Positions 17,359-27,040 of a stretch of 30,333 nt of DNA are shown piece after piece. The number at the start of each line of letters is the position of its first letter. The stretch's first letter is position 1. A model generated the notes under the pieces. That model saw only the letters and a program-made list of their open reading frames with translations. It had not been told where the DNA came from and did no database searches. The position numbers and the translations under genes are program-made. This DNA is from Bdellovibrio sp. (lineage in GTDB: Bacteria > Bdellovibrionota > Bdellovibrionia > Bdellovibrionales > Bdellovibrionaceae): assembly GCA_046318155.1 (NCBI GenBank), contig JBKCUU010000066.1:1-30333 (forward strand). Direction: 5' to 3'.

Positions 17359-20127
17359 GTGGCACAGTATGCGACTCGGGACAACGCCGACTATATCGAC
17401 CAACTTTGGAATCAATATCAACAAAACCCCAATTCTGTTTCGGTGGAATGGCGCAAATTTTTTGAAGGTGTTGAGTTCGCCTCTCAAGGAACTAGCAACC
17501 GAAAAAGCCTGAGCGGAAGCTCTGCCATCACCGGCGGCGGGATCTCTGAAAAAGAATTGGATGTCTATCATCTGATCACGGCGTACCGCAATTACGGTCA
17601 CTTCGAAGCGGACCTCGACCCTTTGACCAACACGCGTGCGCCTTCGGATCAATTGGCGCTCTCGCGCTTTAATCTGACCGAAGCCGATCTCGATCAGACG
17701 TTTCAAATTAGCGGCATCATCGGCAAGCCCGGCTCAAGCTTGCGCGAGATCATTGCCCACATGCGTGCTTGCTACTGCGGTAAGTTAACTGTGCAAGTGG
17801 CCGAAGCCTTGCCCGAGATTCGCAACTGGTTCATCCGCGAATTTGAGCAGCACAAAGAGACCTTCAAACTTTCGAGTGATCAGAAAAAAGAAATCCTTCA
17901 TTCGTTGACTCGCACCGAGAGTCTCGAAAAATTTATCAATACCCGCTACGTGGGATCAAAACGCTTTTCGATCGAGGGCGGCGATGCCCTGATGCCCATG
18001 ATGGAGTGGCTGGCGACTTACGGTCCCACCAAAGGCATTCAAGAGATCATGATCGGCATGGCTCACCGCGGGCGCGTGAATATTTTGGCCAATTTCATGG
18101 GTAAAGGCACCGAGTACATCTTTGCTGACTTTAACGGCCCGACCGAGACCGCGATTCCCATCGATGATTTTGACGGCGATGTGAAATACCATTTGGGTTA
18201 TCAAAGCGACAAACAAGGGCCGCACGGCCCCATGCGCGTGAACTTGGCCTTTAATCCGTCGCACCTTGAAGCCGTGAACCCAGTTGTTCTTGGGATGGCT
18301 CGTGCAGCTCAGCGCCGCCGGGGTGACACGAAGGAACGCAAGGCCGTTGTCCCCGTTCTTATTCACGGTGATGCGGCGTTTGCTGCGCAAGGGATCGTCC
18401 TTGAAACCTTCCAAATGTCGCAGGTCAAAGGCTACACCATCGGCGGAACGATCCACTTAGCCATCGACAATCAAGTGGGCTTTACGACCAGCCCCGAGAA
18501 CGCGCGCAGCTCACACTACTGCTCGGACGCCTCGAAAGTTCTGCACACCCCTGTTCTGCACGTCAATGGTGATGACGCCGAATCTTGCGTACGTGCGATG
18601 GATATCGCGATGCGCTTTCGCCAAGAGTGGAAGCGCGATATCGTCGTCAACATCATCTGCTACCGCCGCTATGGTCACAACGAAGGTGACGAGCCCGCGT
18701 TTACTCAACCCTTGATGTACGAGTTGATCCGCAAGCACCCCACACTTCGCGAAATCTACAGCAAAAAATTGCAAAGCGAAAACGTCGTCGACGCTCAGTT
18801 CGCCGACAACGCGATGACCGCGCGGATGGACTCTTTGCAAAAGATCTTTGAATCGACCAAAGCCACGCCCCCCAAAATTGAGCCGTTTAAATTTGACGGT
18901 TTCTGGAAGGGTTTGCGCAAAGGCAAAGCCGAAGATTTCGAAAAAGCCTGGGACACGACCTGTGACCTCGAAGCCTTGCGCAAAATCGGAACAGCGATTG
19001 CCCAAGTTCCCGGAGGCTTCACGCCTCATCCTAAATTGATCAAGCTTCTTGAAACCCGCAAAGACATGGCCGCCGGTAAAGTCCCGCTTGATTGGGGTAT
19101 GGCCGAGCTCTTGAGCTACGGCTCGCTGCTGAATGAAGGCACCAGCGTACGGTTGACCGGACAAGACTGCGTGCGCGGGACCTTCACGCACCGTCACTCG
19201 GGTCTTTATGACGTTAGAACCGGCGAGCCCTACATGGCGCTCGATCACATCAACGGCGATAAAGTTGAGTTTTGTGTTTACGACTCGATCTTATCTGAGT
19301 ACGGCGTGATGGGCTTTGAGTACGGCAACGCGATTTGTGACCCCACATTTTTGACTTTGTGGGAAGCGCAGTTTGGCGATTTCGGTAATGGCGCGCAAAT
19401 CATCATCGATCAGTTCTTGATGTCGGGCGAATCCAAGTGGCAGCAGATGAACGGCCTGGTGCTTTTGCTCCCGCATGGCTACGAAGGCCAGGGCCCCGAG
19501 CACAGCTCAGCTCGGCTTGAGCGCTTTTTGCAGATGAGCGCGCAGAACAATGCACAGATTGCGAACCTCACGACGCCCGCACAGATCTTTCACGTGCTTC
19601 GTCGGCAGATCAAACGGCCTTTCCGCAAACCTTTGATTGTTATGTCGCCCAAATCTTTGCTGCGCCACCCGCGTGCGGTGTCGAGCATGGAAGAACTTGC
19701 AAGGGGCTCTTTCCAAGAGGTCATCCCCGATTCACTTCTCAAAGATCCTAAAAAAGTTGAGACCGTGGCTTTGTGCTCGGGCAAGATCTACTATGAACTT
19801 CTTGAAGAGCGCGAGAAGCTTAAGTCCGAGCGCACGGCGCTGGTTCGGGTTGAGCAGCTCTACCCCACGCCGGCTAAACAAATTGCGGCGGTGATGAAGT
19901 CTTACCCCAATTTGAAAAACGTGATTTGGGTGCAAGAAGAGCCAAAGAACATGGGCGCTTATCAGTTTTTTTATTTTAAACTGTCTGAGATTTTCATGAA
20001 AGAAGGCCTCACGCGCTTAGCCCTTCACTATGTGGGCCGCGGCGAACGTTCATCACCAGCGACGGGCTCGATCTACCGCCACAAGGTGGAGCAAGCCGAA
20101 ATCGTGAAAAACTGTTTTACCATTTAA
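17359..20127 (+). CDS. sucA: 2-oxoglutarate dehydrogenase E1 component
   Basis: KRFSIEG, GMAHRGR, DVKYHLG, NPSHLE, HGDAAF (TPP binding), GHNEGDEP and LPHGYEGQGPEHSSARLERFLQ. Start GTG 17359 with GAGG SD; the ORF-track extension to 16870 overlaps gpmA. Confidence 0.97.
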   Translation: MAQYATRDNADYIDQLWNQYQQNPNSVSVEWRKFFEGVEFASQGTSNRKSLSGSSAITGGGISEKELDVYHLITAYRNYGHFEADLDPLTNTRAPSDQLALSRFNLTEADLDQTFQISGIIGKPGSSLREIIAHMRACYCGKLTVQVAEALPEIRNWFIREFEQHKETFKLSSDQKKEILHSLTRTESLEKFINTRYVGSKRFSIEGGDALMPMMEWLATYGPTKGIQEIMIGMAHRGRVNILANFMGKGTEYIFADFNGPTETAIPIDDFDGDVKYHLGYQSDKQGPHGPMRVNLAFNPSHLEAVNPVVLGMARAAQRRRGDTKERKAVVPVLIHGDAAFAAQGIVLETFQMSQVKGYTIGGTIHLAIDNQVGFTTSPENARSSHYCSDASKVLHTPVLHVNGDDAESCVRAMDIAMRFRQEWKRDIVVNIICYRRYGHNEGDEPAFTQPLMYELIRKHPTLREIYSKKLQSENVVDAQFADNAMTARMDSLQKIFESTKATPPKIEPFKFDGFWKGLRKGKAEDFEKAWDTTCDLEALRKIGTAIAQVPGGFTPHPKLIKLLETRKDMAAGKVPLDWGMAELLSYGSLLNEGTSVRLTGQDCVRGTFTHRHSGLYDVRTGEPYMALDHINGDKVEFCVYDSILSEYGVMGFEYGNAICDPTFLTLWEAQFGDFGNGAQIIIDQFLMSGESKWQQMNGLVLLLPHGYEGQGPEHSSARLERFLQMSAQNNAQIANLTTPAQIFHVLRRQIKRPFRKPLIVMSPKSLLRHPRAVSSMEELARGSFQEVIPDSLLKDPKKVETVALCSGKIYYELLEEREKLKSERTALVRVEQLYPTPAKQIAAVMKSYPNLKNVIWVQEEPKNMGAYQFFYFKLSEIFMKEGLTRLALHYVGRGERSSPATGSIYRHKVEQAEIVKNCFTI

Positions 20128-20184
20128 AGTTTTTAGAGTCGAAACCGGGCCTCTTTGCGGGGGCCTCCTGCGAGGAGCTGCAAC

Positions 20185-21402
20185 GTGAAATACGAAATCA
20201 AAATCCCCACCGTCGGCGAATCCATCACAGAAGCCACCATTGGTGCGTGGATGAAAAAAAGCGGCGAAGCCGTGAGCCGCAATGATATTCTCTTGTCGAT
20301 TGATACGGATAAAGCCTCGGTTGAAGTTGTTGCCGAACAAGACGGTGTACTCACAATTGTTGCTGAAGCCGGCAAGACTGTTCCCATCGGTTCTGTGGTT
20401 GGTTCGATTGATGGCGATGGCAAGGCGGCAGCAGCTCCCTTGCCTGCGAAAGACAGCAAACCCGCCGTGGCTCCGCAGCCGGCAGCAGGCGCCAGCGCCT
20501 CGTTGGGCACCGCCATTCATCCTGATCTGAGGAACCACCAATCCCCTGCCGTTGCTAAAATTGTGACCGAACGCGGTCTTGATGCCAGCACGATTCCAGG
20601 CACGGGCCGAGATGGCCGCCTGACAAAAGGCGACGTCCTGAGTGCTCCAGCCAAATCGGCTCCTGCACCGGCCCCCATCGCTGCCAAAGGTCCCTCAAAA
20701 CAAGGTGATCAAAAACGCGTGCCGATGACAACCATCCGTAAACGGATTGCCGAGCGCCTCGTTCAGTCTCAACAAACAACGGCCACGCTCACGACTTTTA
20801 ACGAAGTCGACATGACTCGCGTGATGGACTTGCGCGCCAAGTACAAAGATAAATTTAAAGAGCGCTACGGCGTGGGTCTTGGCTTCATGGGCTTTTTTGT
20901 GAAGGCTTCGATCGAAGCGCTCAAGGCGTACCCTGCGGTCAACGCGTTTATCGAAGGCACCGAGCTTGTTTATAACAACTACTACAATGTCGGAATGGCC
21001 GTCGGCACAGAAAAGGGCCTGATCGTTCCTGTTGTCAAAGACGCCGACAACTTGAGTATCGCGGGTGTTGAAGCCGCGATTCGTGACTACGCCGTCAAAG
21101 CACGTGAAGGCAAAATTGCGATTGATGATTTAAACGGCGGAACCTTTACGATTACCAATGGCGGGGTTTACGGCTCGCTGATGTCGACGCCGATTTTAAA
21201 TCCTCCGCAATCTGGAATCTTAGGACTTCATAAAATCGAAGAGCGCGCGGTTGTGATCAATGGCAAAGTCGAAGTCCGTCCGATGATGTACTTGGCGCTC
21301 TCTTACGATCACCGCGTGATCGACGGCAAAGAGGCGGTCAGCTTCTTGGTCAAAGTTAAAGAAGGCATCGAAGATCCAGAGCGTTTGCTCCTCGAGATCT
21401 AA
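20185..21402 (+). CDS. sucB: Dihydrolipoyllysine-residue succinyltransferase E2
   Basis: Lipoyl domain (DTDKAS), E3-binding [22 protein letters not shown] and catalytic [13 protein letters not shown] start after GAGGAG. Confidence 0.96.
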   Translation: MKYEIKIPTVGESITEATIGAWMKKSGEAVSRNDILLSIDTDKASVEVVAEQDGVLTIVAEAGKTVPIGSVVGSIDGDGKAAAAPLPAKDSKPAVAPQPAAGASASLGTAIHPDLRNHQSPAVAKIVTERGLDASTIPGTGRDGRLTKGDVLSAPAKSAPAPAPIAAKGPSKQGDQKRVPMTTIRKRIAERLVQSQQTTATLTTFNEVDMTRVMDLRAKYKDKFKERYGVGLGFMGFFVKASIEALKAYPAVNAFIEGTELVYNNYYNVGMAVGTEKGLIVPVVKDADNLSIAGVEAAIRDYAVKAREGKIAIDDLNGGTFTITNGGVYGSLMSTPILNPPQSGILGLHKIEERAVVINGKVEVRPMMYLALSYDHRVIDGKEAVSFLVKVKEGIEDPERLLLEI

Positions 21403-21432
21403 AGCGACAGTCAAGCACAGTAAGGATAAAGC

Positions 21433-22839
21433 ATGGCAGAGCATCAATTTGATTTGGTCATCATCGGTTCGGGTCCCGCCGGGTATATTTGCGCTATTCG
21501 GGCCGCGCAGTTGGGTCTCAAAACAGCCGTCGTCGAAAAAGATAAGACTTTTGGCGGTACTTGTTTAAACGTGGGCTGCATTCCCTCGAAGGCTTTACTT
21601 GAGAGTTCTGAGTTGTTTCACATGGCAGGGCATGACAGCGAAGCTCATGGGATTCAAATCAGCAGCGTCAAATTGGACCTCGCCAAAATGCTCGCGCGCA
21701 AAGACAAGATCGTTAAAGATCTGACGAATGGAATTTCTTTTTTGTTCAAAAAGAACAAAGTGGAAACCTTCAAAGGGACCGGTCAAATTTTGGCCGTCGG
21801 TAAAGTTGAGGTCCATGGCGCTGACGGAAAAACCATTCTCAATGCCAAACACATTGTTTGCGCAACGGGATCGATCCCGACGGAGCTTCCTTTTCTAAAA
21901 TTTGACGAAAAAAAAATTGTCTCGTCAACAGGAGCGCTCGCGCTCGAGAAGGTCCCAAGGCATTTGATCGTTGTTGGTGGGGGCGTGATTGGACTTGAGC
22001 TGGGTTCGGTTTGGTTGCGCTTAGGCGCGCAAGTGACGGTTGTTGAGTACGCCGACAAGATCTGCCCGTTCATGGACCAACAAGCGGTCACTGTTTTGCG
22101 CAAATCGATGGAAAAACAAGGCATGAAGTTTATCACCAGTGCCAAAGTCATCGGCTCAAGCGTCAAGGGTGACAACGTCACGATCACGTATGAAGACATG
22201 AACGACAAGTCATCTCAAACTTTGGACGGCGATGTCGTCCTCGTTTCAACGGGCCGCAAACCTTACTCTGAAGGTCTGGGTTTAGAAACCGTTGGTGTGC
22301 AAAAGGACCAACGTGGTTTTGTGACCGTGGATAAACATTGGCAAACCAATGTTCCGGGCATCTATGCAGTGGGGGATCTTATTCCGGGACCGATGCTTGC
22401 GCACAAAGCTGAAGATGAGGGCGTTGCCATTGCCGAATGTCTGGCCGGTCAGGCGGGCCACGTCAATTACGACACCGTTCCTTCGGTGATCTACACCTTC
22501 CCCGAGGTGGCGAGCGTGGGCCTAACTGAAGAACAGTGCAAAGAGCGTGGGCTTCAGTACTCTGTCGGGACCTTTCCTTTCATGGCCAATGGCAGAGCCA
22601 AAGCCTTAAACCAAACCGACGGCCTAGTTAAGATTATCGCCGATAGCAACTCGGACAAAATCATCGGTGGACATATCGTTGGTCCCCGCGCCTCTGAGTT
22701 GCTGGGTGAAATTGTGGTTGCGATGGAGTTCGGTGGCTCAAGTGAGGATTTGGCGCGAAGTTTTCACGCCCATCCCACCTTGAACGAAGTCGTTCGCGAA
22801 GCAGCACTTGCCGTGTCTAAACGCGCCCGCCAGATGTAG
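21433..22839 (+). CDS. lpdA: Dihydrolipoyl dehydrogenase E3
   Basis: IGSGPAGY, GGTCLNVGCIPSK redox disulfide, GGGVIGLE, MLAHKAE and HAHPTLNE. Confidence 0.97.
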   Translation: MAEHQFDLVIIGSGPAGYICAIRAAQLGLKTAVVEKDKTFGGTCLNVGCIPSKALLESSELFHMAGHDSEAHGIQISSVKLDLAKMLARKDKIVKDLTNGISFLFKKNKVETFKGTGQILAVGKVEVHGADGKTILNAKHIVCATGSIPTELPFLKFDEKKIVSSTGALALEKVPRHLIVVGGGVIGLELGSVWLRLGAQVTVVEYADKICPFMDQQAVTVLRKSMEKQGMKFITSAKVIGSSVKGDNVTITYEDMNDKSSQTLDGDVVLVSTGRKPYSEGLGLETVGVQKDQRGFVTVDKHWQTNVPGIYAVGDLIPGPMLAHKAEDEGVAIAECLAGQAGHVNYDTVPSVIYTFPEVASVGLTEEQCKERGLQYSVGTFPFMANGRAKALNQTDGLVKIIADSNSDKIIGGHIVGPRASELLGEIVVAMEFGGSSEDLARSFHAHPTLNEVVREAALAVSKRARQM

Positions 22840-23914
22840 GAATCGGGGATTCTGACTTGGCGAGCTTCAAAGACTGCGTCATCGCCACGGCCAGTTGAAA
22901 CAGAGCACGGGCGCCGACATTGCCGTCCCACTCGTCTCCTTCTTGGCCAGGAGCGACTTCAACGAGATCGGCACCGACCACTTGGCGGCCCGATTTGACG
23001 ACTTCTTGAATGAGCATTGTTGTTTCAAAAAGCTCCAGACCACCCGGAACTGGCGTGCCGGTGTTGGGGCAAAGTTTGGGGTCCAGTCCATCGATATCAA
23101 AACTGATATAAACTTTGGGTCCAAGGTGAGACACAATTTCTTGGCAAATTGATTTCCAAGACTCGCCGCTGAGTTTGCGAGTCTGAACATCCCAATCAAA
23201 GTAGGTCTCAATGCGAGGATCGGCTTTAATCATTTTGGTTTCGATGGCCGAAACATCTCGGATGCCAACTTGAACGAGCTTGCTGACTTTGGGGTGCTTG
23301 AGCACATTGAACATGATCGAGGCGTGTGAATCTTCAAAGCCCTCGTAGGCCTCACGCAAATCGGCGTGCGCATCAAAGTGCAAAACGCTGACGCCATCAA
23401 AATGGTCTGCCGCCGCGCGGATGGGACCAAGGCTTACGCTGTGGTCACCGCCAAAAGACAAAACCCATTTGCCGGCTCTCAGTTGTTCGCGTGCGACACT
23501 TTCACTCCATTGATGCAAATCGCGGCACCCGGCATTGGCCTCTTTGAGGATTTGCTGCATTTCGGGTGAAGTGCTGACGTCGCCGCCTTCTTCTAAGAAT
23601 TCGATGTACTTCTCGGATTTGGCGCGAAGCTTTTGGCTTTTGGTCAACCAGCTCAGGTCCATCTCGAGTGTATGCAAAGGCATCTTCCAAATCTCGTCCA
23701 TATAGGGTGAGTACAAATCAAGCTGGTACGAGGCATTCAGAATAGATTCGGGACCGTTGACGGTGCCGGGCCGGTACGAGGTGGTCACATCCCAAGGGAT
23801 GGGGAACATGACGACACGGGCTTCGCTGGCGGCGCATTCAAGACCCATAAACTGCCCATTGCGAACACCGACGCCACTTGGATCTGAGAGAAGACGGCTT
23901 TTCGAATCTGTCAT
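22817..23914 (-). CDS. Agmatinase-family ureohydrolase
   Basis: PWDVTTSYRPGT..GP, GGDHS, HFDAHADLR, SHASIM, SFDIDGLDP, TGTPVPGG and DLVEVAP. Start ATG 23914; 23-bp convergent overlap with lpdA. Confidence 0.88.
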   Translation of the reverse strand: MTDSKSRLLSDPSGVGVRNGQFMGLECAASEARVVMFPIPWDVTTSYRPGTVNGPESILNASYQLDLYSPYMDEIWKMPLHTLEMDLSWLTKSQKLRAKSEKYIEFLEEGGDVSTSPEMQQILKEANAGCRDLHQWSESVAREQLRAGKWVLSFGGDHSVSLGPIRAAADHFDGVSVLHFDAHADLREAYEGFEDSHASIMFNVLKHPKVSKLVQVGIRDVSAIETKMIKADPRIETYFDWDVQTRKLSGESWKSICQEIVSHLGPKVYISFDIDGLDPKLCPNTGTPVPGGLELFETTMLIQEVVKSGRQVVGADLVEVAPGQEGDEWDGNVGARALFQLAVAMTQSLKLAKSESPIPTSGGRV

Positions 23915-24005
23915 GCTTAAACCCTTCGAATCCCGGATCGTGGAGGATTCTCTTTGGGAATAGAGCCATTCACAGCTCAAATCAAGGAGAAATCCAATCC
24001 GCCAC

Positions 24006-24051
24006 CCACCACCGCTACGGATGTAAAACCACCACCGCTACGGATGTAAAA
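24006..24051. repeat. Perfect 23-bp tandem duplication
   Basis: CCACCACCGCTACGGATGTAAAA at 24006-24028 and 24029-24051. Confidence 0.95.
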
Positions 24052-24052
24052 C

Positions 24053-24081
24053 TCTTATCTTATCTTATCTTTTCTTATCTT
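24053..24081. repeat. (TCTTA)n pentanucleotide simple sequence repeat, about 6 units with one mismatch
   Basis: TCTTA TCTTA TCTTA TCTTT TCTTA TCTT; includes the stop codon of the 24075-24521 gene. Confidence 0.9.
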
Positions 24082-24521
24082 GCCTGACGGCAAAGTTCGG
24101 TCAGGATTTCGAGGCCGGATTTGAGTGCCGGATTTTTCACCTCGCTCATTGCTTTAGGCTCGAAGTTTGAAATCAAAGTCGTTCGATAATCAAAGCAATT
24201 CTCTTTCTTAAAGCGCCCGTCCCGCGGAATCTCACTCAAAACGGCGGCCAGCTGATCCATATAGATTTCATCGGACTCGGCTTGACGGGACTCCTTCTTG
24301 CGAACGCGCGCGACTTCAGCTTCAGTTTTCTTAAGGAGCCGAAACAGATCACTATTTTTTTTGGCGCGCTCCATGTTGCGCTGTAAATTCAAAACTTCGT
24401 TCTCGACCTTTTGGCGAACATTCAGGCTTCCGCGGTCCACCGCTTTTTGTCCTAACAAAGCGCTAGGCGAAAGCAAACCTAGTACGACGAGGACAATGAC
24501 AGATATGAGTCCGAGACGCAT
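24075..24521 (-). CDS. Exported hypothetical protein
   Basis: Signal-peptide-like N-terminus, GGAGG SD and helical composition with two Cys. Its 5' end overlaps the upstream gene by 43 bp. Confidence 0.75.
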   Translation of the reverse strand: MRLGLISVIVLVVLGLLSPSALLGQKAVDRGSLNVRQKVENEVLNLQRNMERAKKNSDLFRLLKKTEAEVARVRKKESRQAESDEIYMDQLAAVLSEIPRDGRFKKENCFDYRTTLISNFEPKAMSEVKNPALKSGLEILTELCRQAR

Positions 24522-25735
24522 GTGCCCTCCTTAAAAGTGCTGTTTAAAACTTTGGCGTGTGCCATCACCCGGGGAAGAAAATCCTTGGAACCTGAACTCT
24601 GGTACATCATCAAGTATTGCGCAAAACTCATGCTCCCGATTTCAACCGACGCAAGCCCGCGCTGTTGCAGCAAATCGGGTTCAAAACGAAAATCACCTTC
24701 TTCAACCGGCCGCCCTAAACCCTGCTTCATCGCCGCTAAGCGGGACTCGATGAAGTTTTTCAAATACAAGACAGCTGAGCGCGGTCCCGCATCAAAGCCC
24801 AGCGTGATCAAAAGCTGTTGTAGCTGCTCGGATTCCACTCGCTTGAGCCCCGCCTGCTGAAGAAGAGAAATGATCTCATATTGTTTGAGCCCTTCACGAA
24901 CCACGACGGCGTGCTGTTCATACTTGATCGCAAGGTAAATCAAATTCCGAAGCGGATTTTGAGGCGGCGCCATCACACTGCAAACGCCCTTGCCCGCTTT
25001 CTCGGAAGTCTGAATCGGCAAAGCCTGGATCTTGTCTAAATAAGGGCGCAGACGCTTACAGCTCTCAAGGTCAGAATTTTGAACACGCGTTTTAATTTGA
25101 TCAAAGCTCACATTTGCATTCTGGATTTCAGCAGGAGATAGATGCCCGATCCCCGCGCTAAATCCTGCGCTCATCGCATTCAGGTGAAATCCGGACTCGG
25201 CAAATAATTTAGGTAAGAACTCTTTTTGTGGAATCTCAAAACATGAGGTCACATCACCAAACAAATTGTAAACCACATTCACGTAGTTCTCGGACACACA
25301 GGGCTTGTGCAAGCCTGGCTTCGCGACACTGCTTGCATTTGCACATTGCGCGAACTCAGTCCGTCCACTCTCGGGTCCCCACGTCAGTGCTTGACGCTTC
25401 ATCATGTAAGTCAAGCAGGCTCTTGGAAAGTCTGCCGCCGCGCGAGCTCGCACATCTCTATAAATGGGCGGAAACTTGTCGACTTCGCTGCTGAGATAAT
25501 TGCGATCTGGGTCGCAATCGGCCGCTGTCTCAAACTCAAAGATCTGCGAATCACTCTCGACCGATTGGTCCTGACCACGACGAAAAAGATCTCGAACTTG
25601 CTCCAGTAAAGGCGGCTCAGATGAAACCGAGTTCGGTCCTGCCAAGCTTCCTTTTTGCCAACGATGGTACAGCAAAGCCGTCGCGATCGACGCCGCTACA
25701 AAAACCATCACAAAAAGAAAACCAAACCGATTCAA
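24479..25735 (-). CDS. Membrane-anchored protein with a divergent lytic transglycosylase (SLT)-like domain
   Basis: N-terminal TM helix; AESGFHLNA (SLT motif I E-S), GIGHL (GxGQ-like) and LGFDAGP (AYNAG-like); multiple Cys. TTG start with a G-rich SD. Confidence 0.65.
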   Translation of the reverse strand: MNRFGFLFVMVFVAASIATALLYHRWQKGSLAGPNSVSSEPPLLEQVRDLFRRGQDQSVESDSQIFEFETAADCDPDRNYLSSEVDKFPPIYRDVRARAAADFPRACLTYMMKRQALTWGPESGRTEFAQCANASSVAKPGLHKPCVSENYVNVVYNLFGDVTSCFEIPQKEFLPKLFAESGFHLNAMSAGFSAGIGHLSPAEIQNANVSFDQIKTRVQNSDLESCKRLRPYLDKIQALPIQTSEKAGKGVCSVMAPPQNPLRNLIYLAIKYEQHAVVVREGLKQYEIISLLQQAGLKRVESEQLQQLLITLGFDAGPRSAVLYLKNFIESRLAAMKQGLGRPVEEGDFRFEPDLLQQRGLASVEIGSMSFAQYLMMYQSSGSKDFLPRVMAHAKVLNSTFKEGTCVSDSYLSLSSSY

Positions 25736-25871
25736 AAAACCCCCTGCGGATCAGAGCACTTATCAGCTTTAAAATGGTTTTAATTGAGTCCAAATTTGGG
25801 ACAAGGACCGTCAGAAAGTGCCGCCCCCGAGGTGGGAACAATTTTAGACGTTGAGTCCGGGTGATGTTCGT

Positions 25872-26936
25872 CTAGGGCTTGCAGCGGATGGCACCCATTT
25901 GCTTTTTGGCGTGCTCATTTTCAATGCCTTTCGCCGATCCTGGCAAGACGGTCATGACGACAGATCCCGATCGGCGAACAAAAGCCGTGTACGAGTACTG
26001 CGCAATTTCTAACCCGGCAGCGGTTGGCGCCAAGTCGATGTGAGCCATCGCGGAGACTCGCTTCTCCATCATCCCTTGGAGCGCAACAAAGTTACCGAGC
26101 GAATAAATCACCAAGGCCGGTCTGCCATCAGGACTGGCCAGCCACTCGGTTGTTTGCAAAACATGGGGATGACTCCCGATGATCGCACGAGCCCCCGCCT
26201 CCACCCAGCTCCGGGCCCACTGCTTTTGCTTTTGATTGGGCCGAGACTGGTACTCATCGCCCCAGTGTGGAAACACCAAAACAGCGTCCGTTTGCACTTT
26301 GAGCCGGCTGATCTCATCGACGACTTCGCGGCTGTTGCACATCAACACTTGATTTGAAGAATCGCGCATGCCGTTGGTCATTTCAGTGCACGCAATCACG
26401 CCGATCTTGCGGTCTTTAACTCTGACAACCCGTGAGCGCGGCTCCGCGGATCCGCGCTCACGGGTGCCGACAAAATCAAGCCCCCGGTTTTGTAGCTCTT
26501 GAACAGTGCGGTCAACGCCGAGCGCGCCGCGGTCCAGGGAGTGGTTGTTCGCCGTCGTCACCAAATCCACACCGCTCAATTTTAAGTCCTCAATAATGAC
26601 AGGATGATAATTAAAAACAAAATTTCCGCCCGAATACACCTGCTCGTCATACACGAAGCCAGGATCACGAACGGCACGGCCTCCCGCCGCGACACCCGGA
26701 GCGGTCGGCGCCTCAAGGTTCGCGGTCGCGAAATCGGCTTCATTCAAAAGCGGAATGAGGGGACGCCAAAGAGTCCGAAATCTTTCGCTCGATGAAATGG
26801 CGGCCTCGTACAATCCTCGGTGCACGAGAATATCCCCCACCGAAGAGATGCGAATCGCCTCAGGCCTCCGCGGGCACTCGGCTCCGACGGCAACAGCCGA
26901 AAAACCGAAAACAAAAAGAAGGACTGTTTTCAACAT
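25872..26936 (-). CDS. CapA/PgsA (PGA_cap) family metallophosphoesterase-fold exported protein
   Basis: VGDILVH, ANLEAP, TANNHSLDRG, PHWGDEY, IGSHPHVLQ and YSLGNF; signal peptide. Start ATG 26936 with GGAG SD. Confidence 0.88.
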   Translation of the reverse strand: MLKTVLLFVFGFSAVAVGAECPRRPEAIRISSVGDILVHRGLYEAAISSSERFRTLWRPLIPLLNEADFATANLEAPTAPGVAAGGRAVRDPGFVYDEQVYSGGNFVFNYHPVIIEDLKLSGVDLVTTANNHSLDRGALGVDRTVQELQNRGLDFVGTRERGSAEPRSRVVRVKDRKIGVIACTEMTNGMRDSSNQVLMCNSREVVDEISRLKVQTDAVLVFPHWGDEYQSRPNQKQKQWARSWVEAGARAIIGSHPHVLQTTEWLASPDGRPALVIYSLGNFVALQGMMEKRVSAMAHIDLAPTAAGLEIAQYSYTAFVRRSGSVVMTVLPGSAKGIENEHAKKQMGAIRCKP

Positions 26937-27010
26937 CGCATCTCCAAACAGTTGAGACGGGGCACACCCCATCACTCGAAAGACGCCAGAAGGCGCCCAG
27001 AGACCTACCG

Positions 27011-27040
27011 GGTATAAGCAGCTTATGCGCTACGCGTCAA
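27011..27040 (-). promoter_or_regulatory. Possible sigma70 promoter for the CapA-family gene with an overlapping palindrome
   Basis: Minus strand TTGACG-N18-TATACC; the palindrome ATAAGC-A-GCTTAT (27014-27026) overlaps the -10 and spacer. Confidence 0.35.

Noticed and set aside
17299..22208. Long antisense ORFs (e.g. 18511-19248, 17956-18456, 20053-20541, 21783-22208)
   Set aside because: Shadow frames of the conserved sucA, sucB and lpdA genes, with no recognisable motifs.
23915..23990. Guanidine riboswitch or guanidine hydrolase
   Set aside because: Only one GAATCC/GGATTC stem, without paired ACGR tetraloop hairpins. The enzyme has the ordinary DAHAD motif.
24006..24081. Possible mini CRISPR array
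   Set aside because: The two 23-bp units are directly adjacent with no spacer, and there are no cas genes.
25872..26936. Poly-gamma-glutamate capsule locus
   Set aside because: Only a CapA-family gene is present; the capB/capC synthetase genes are absent from the window.
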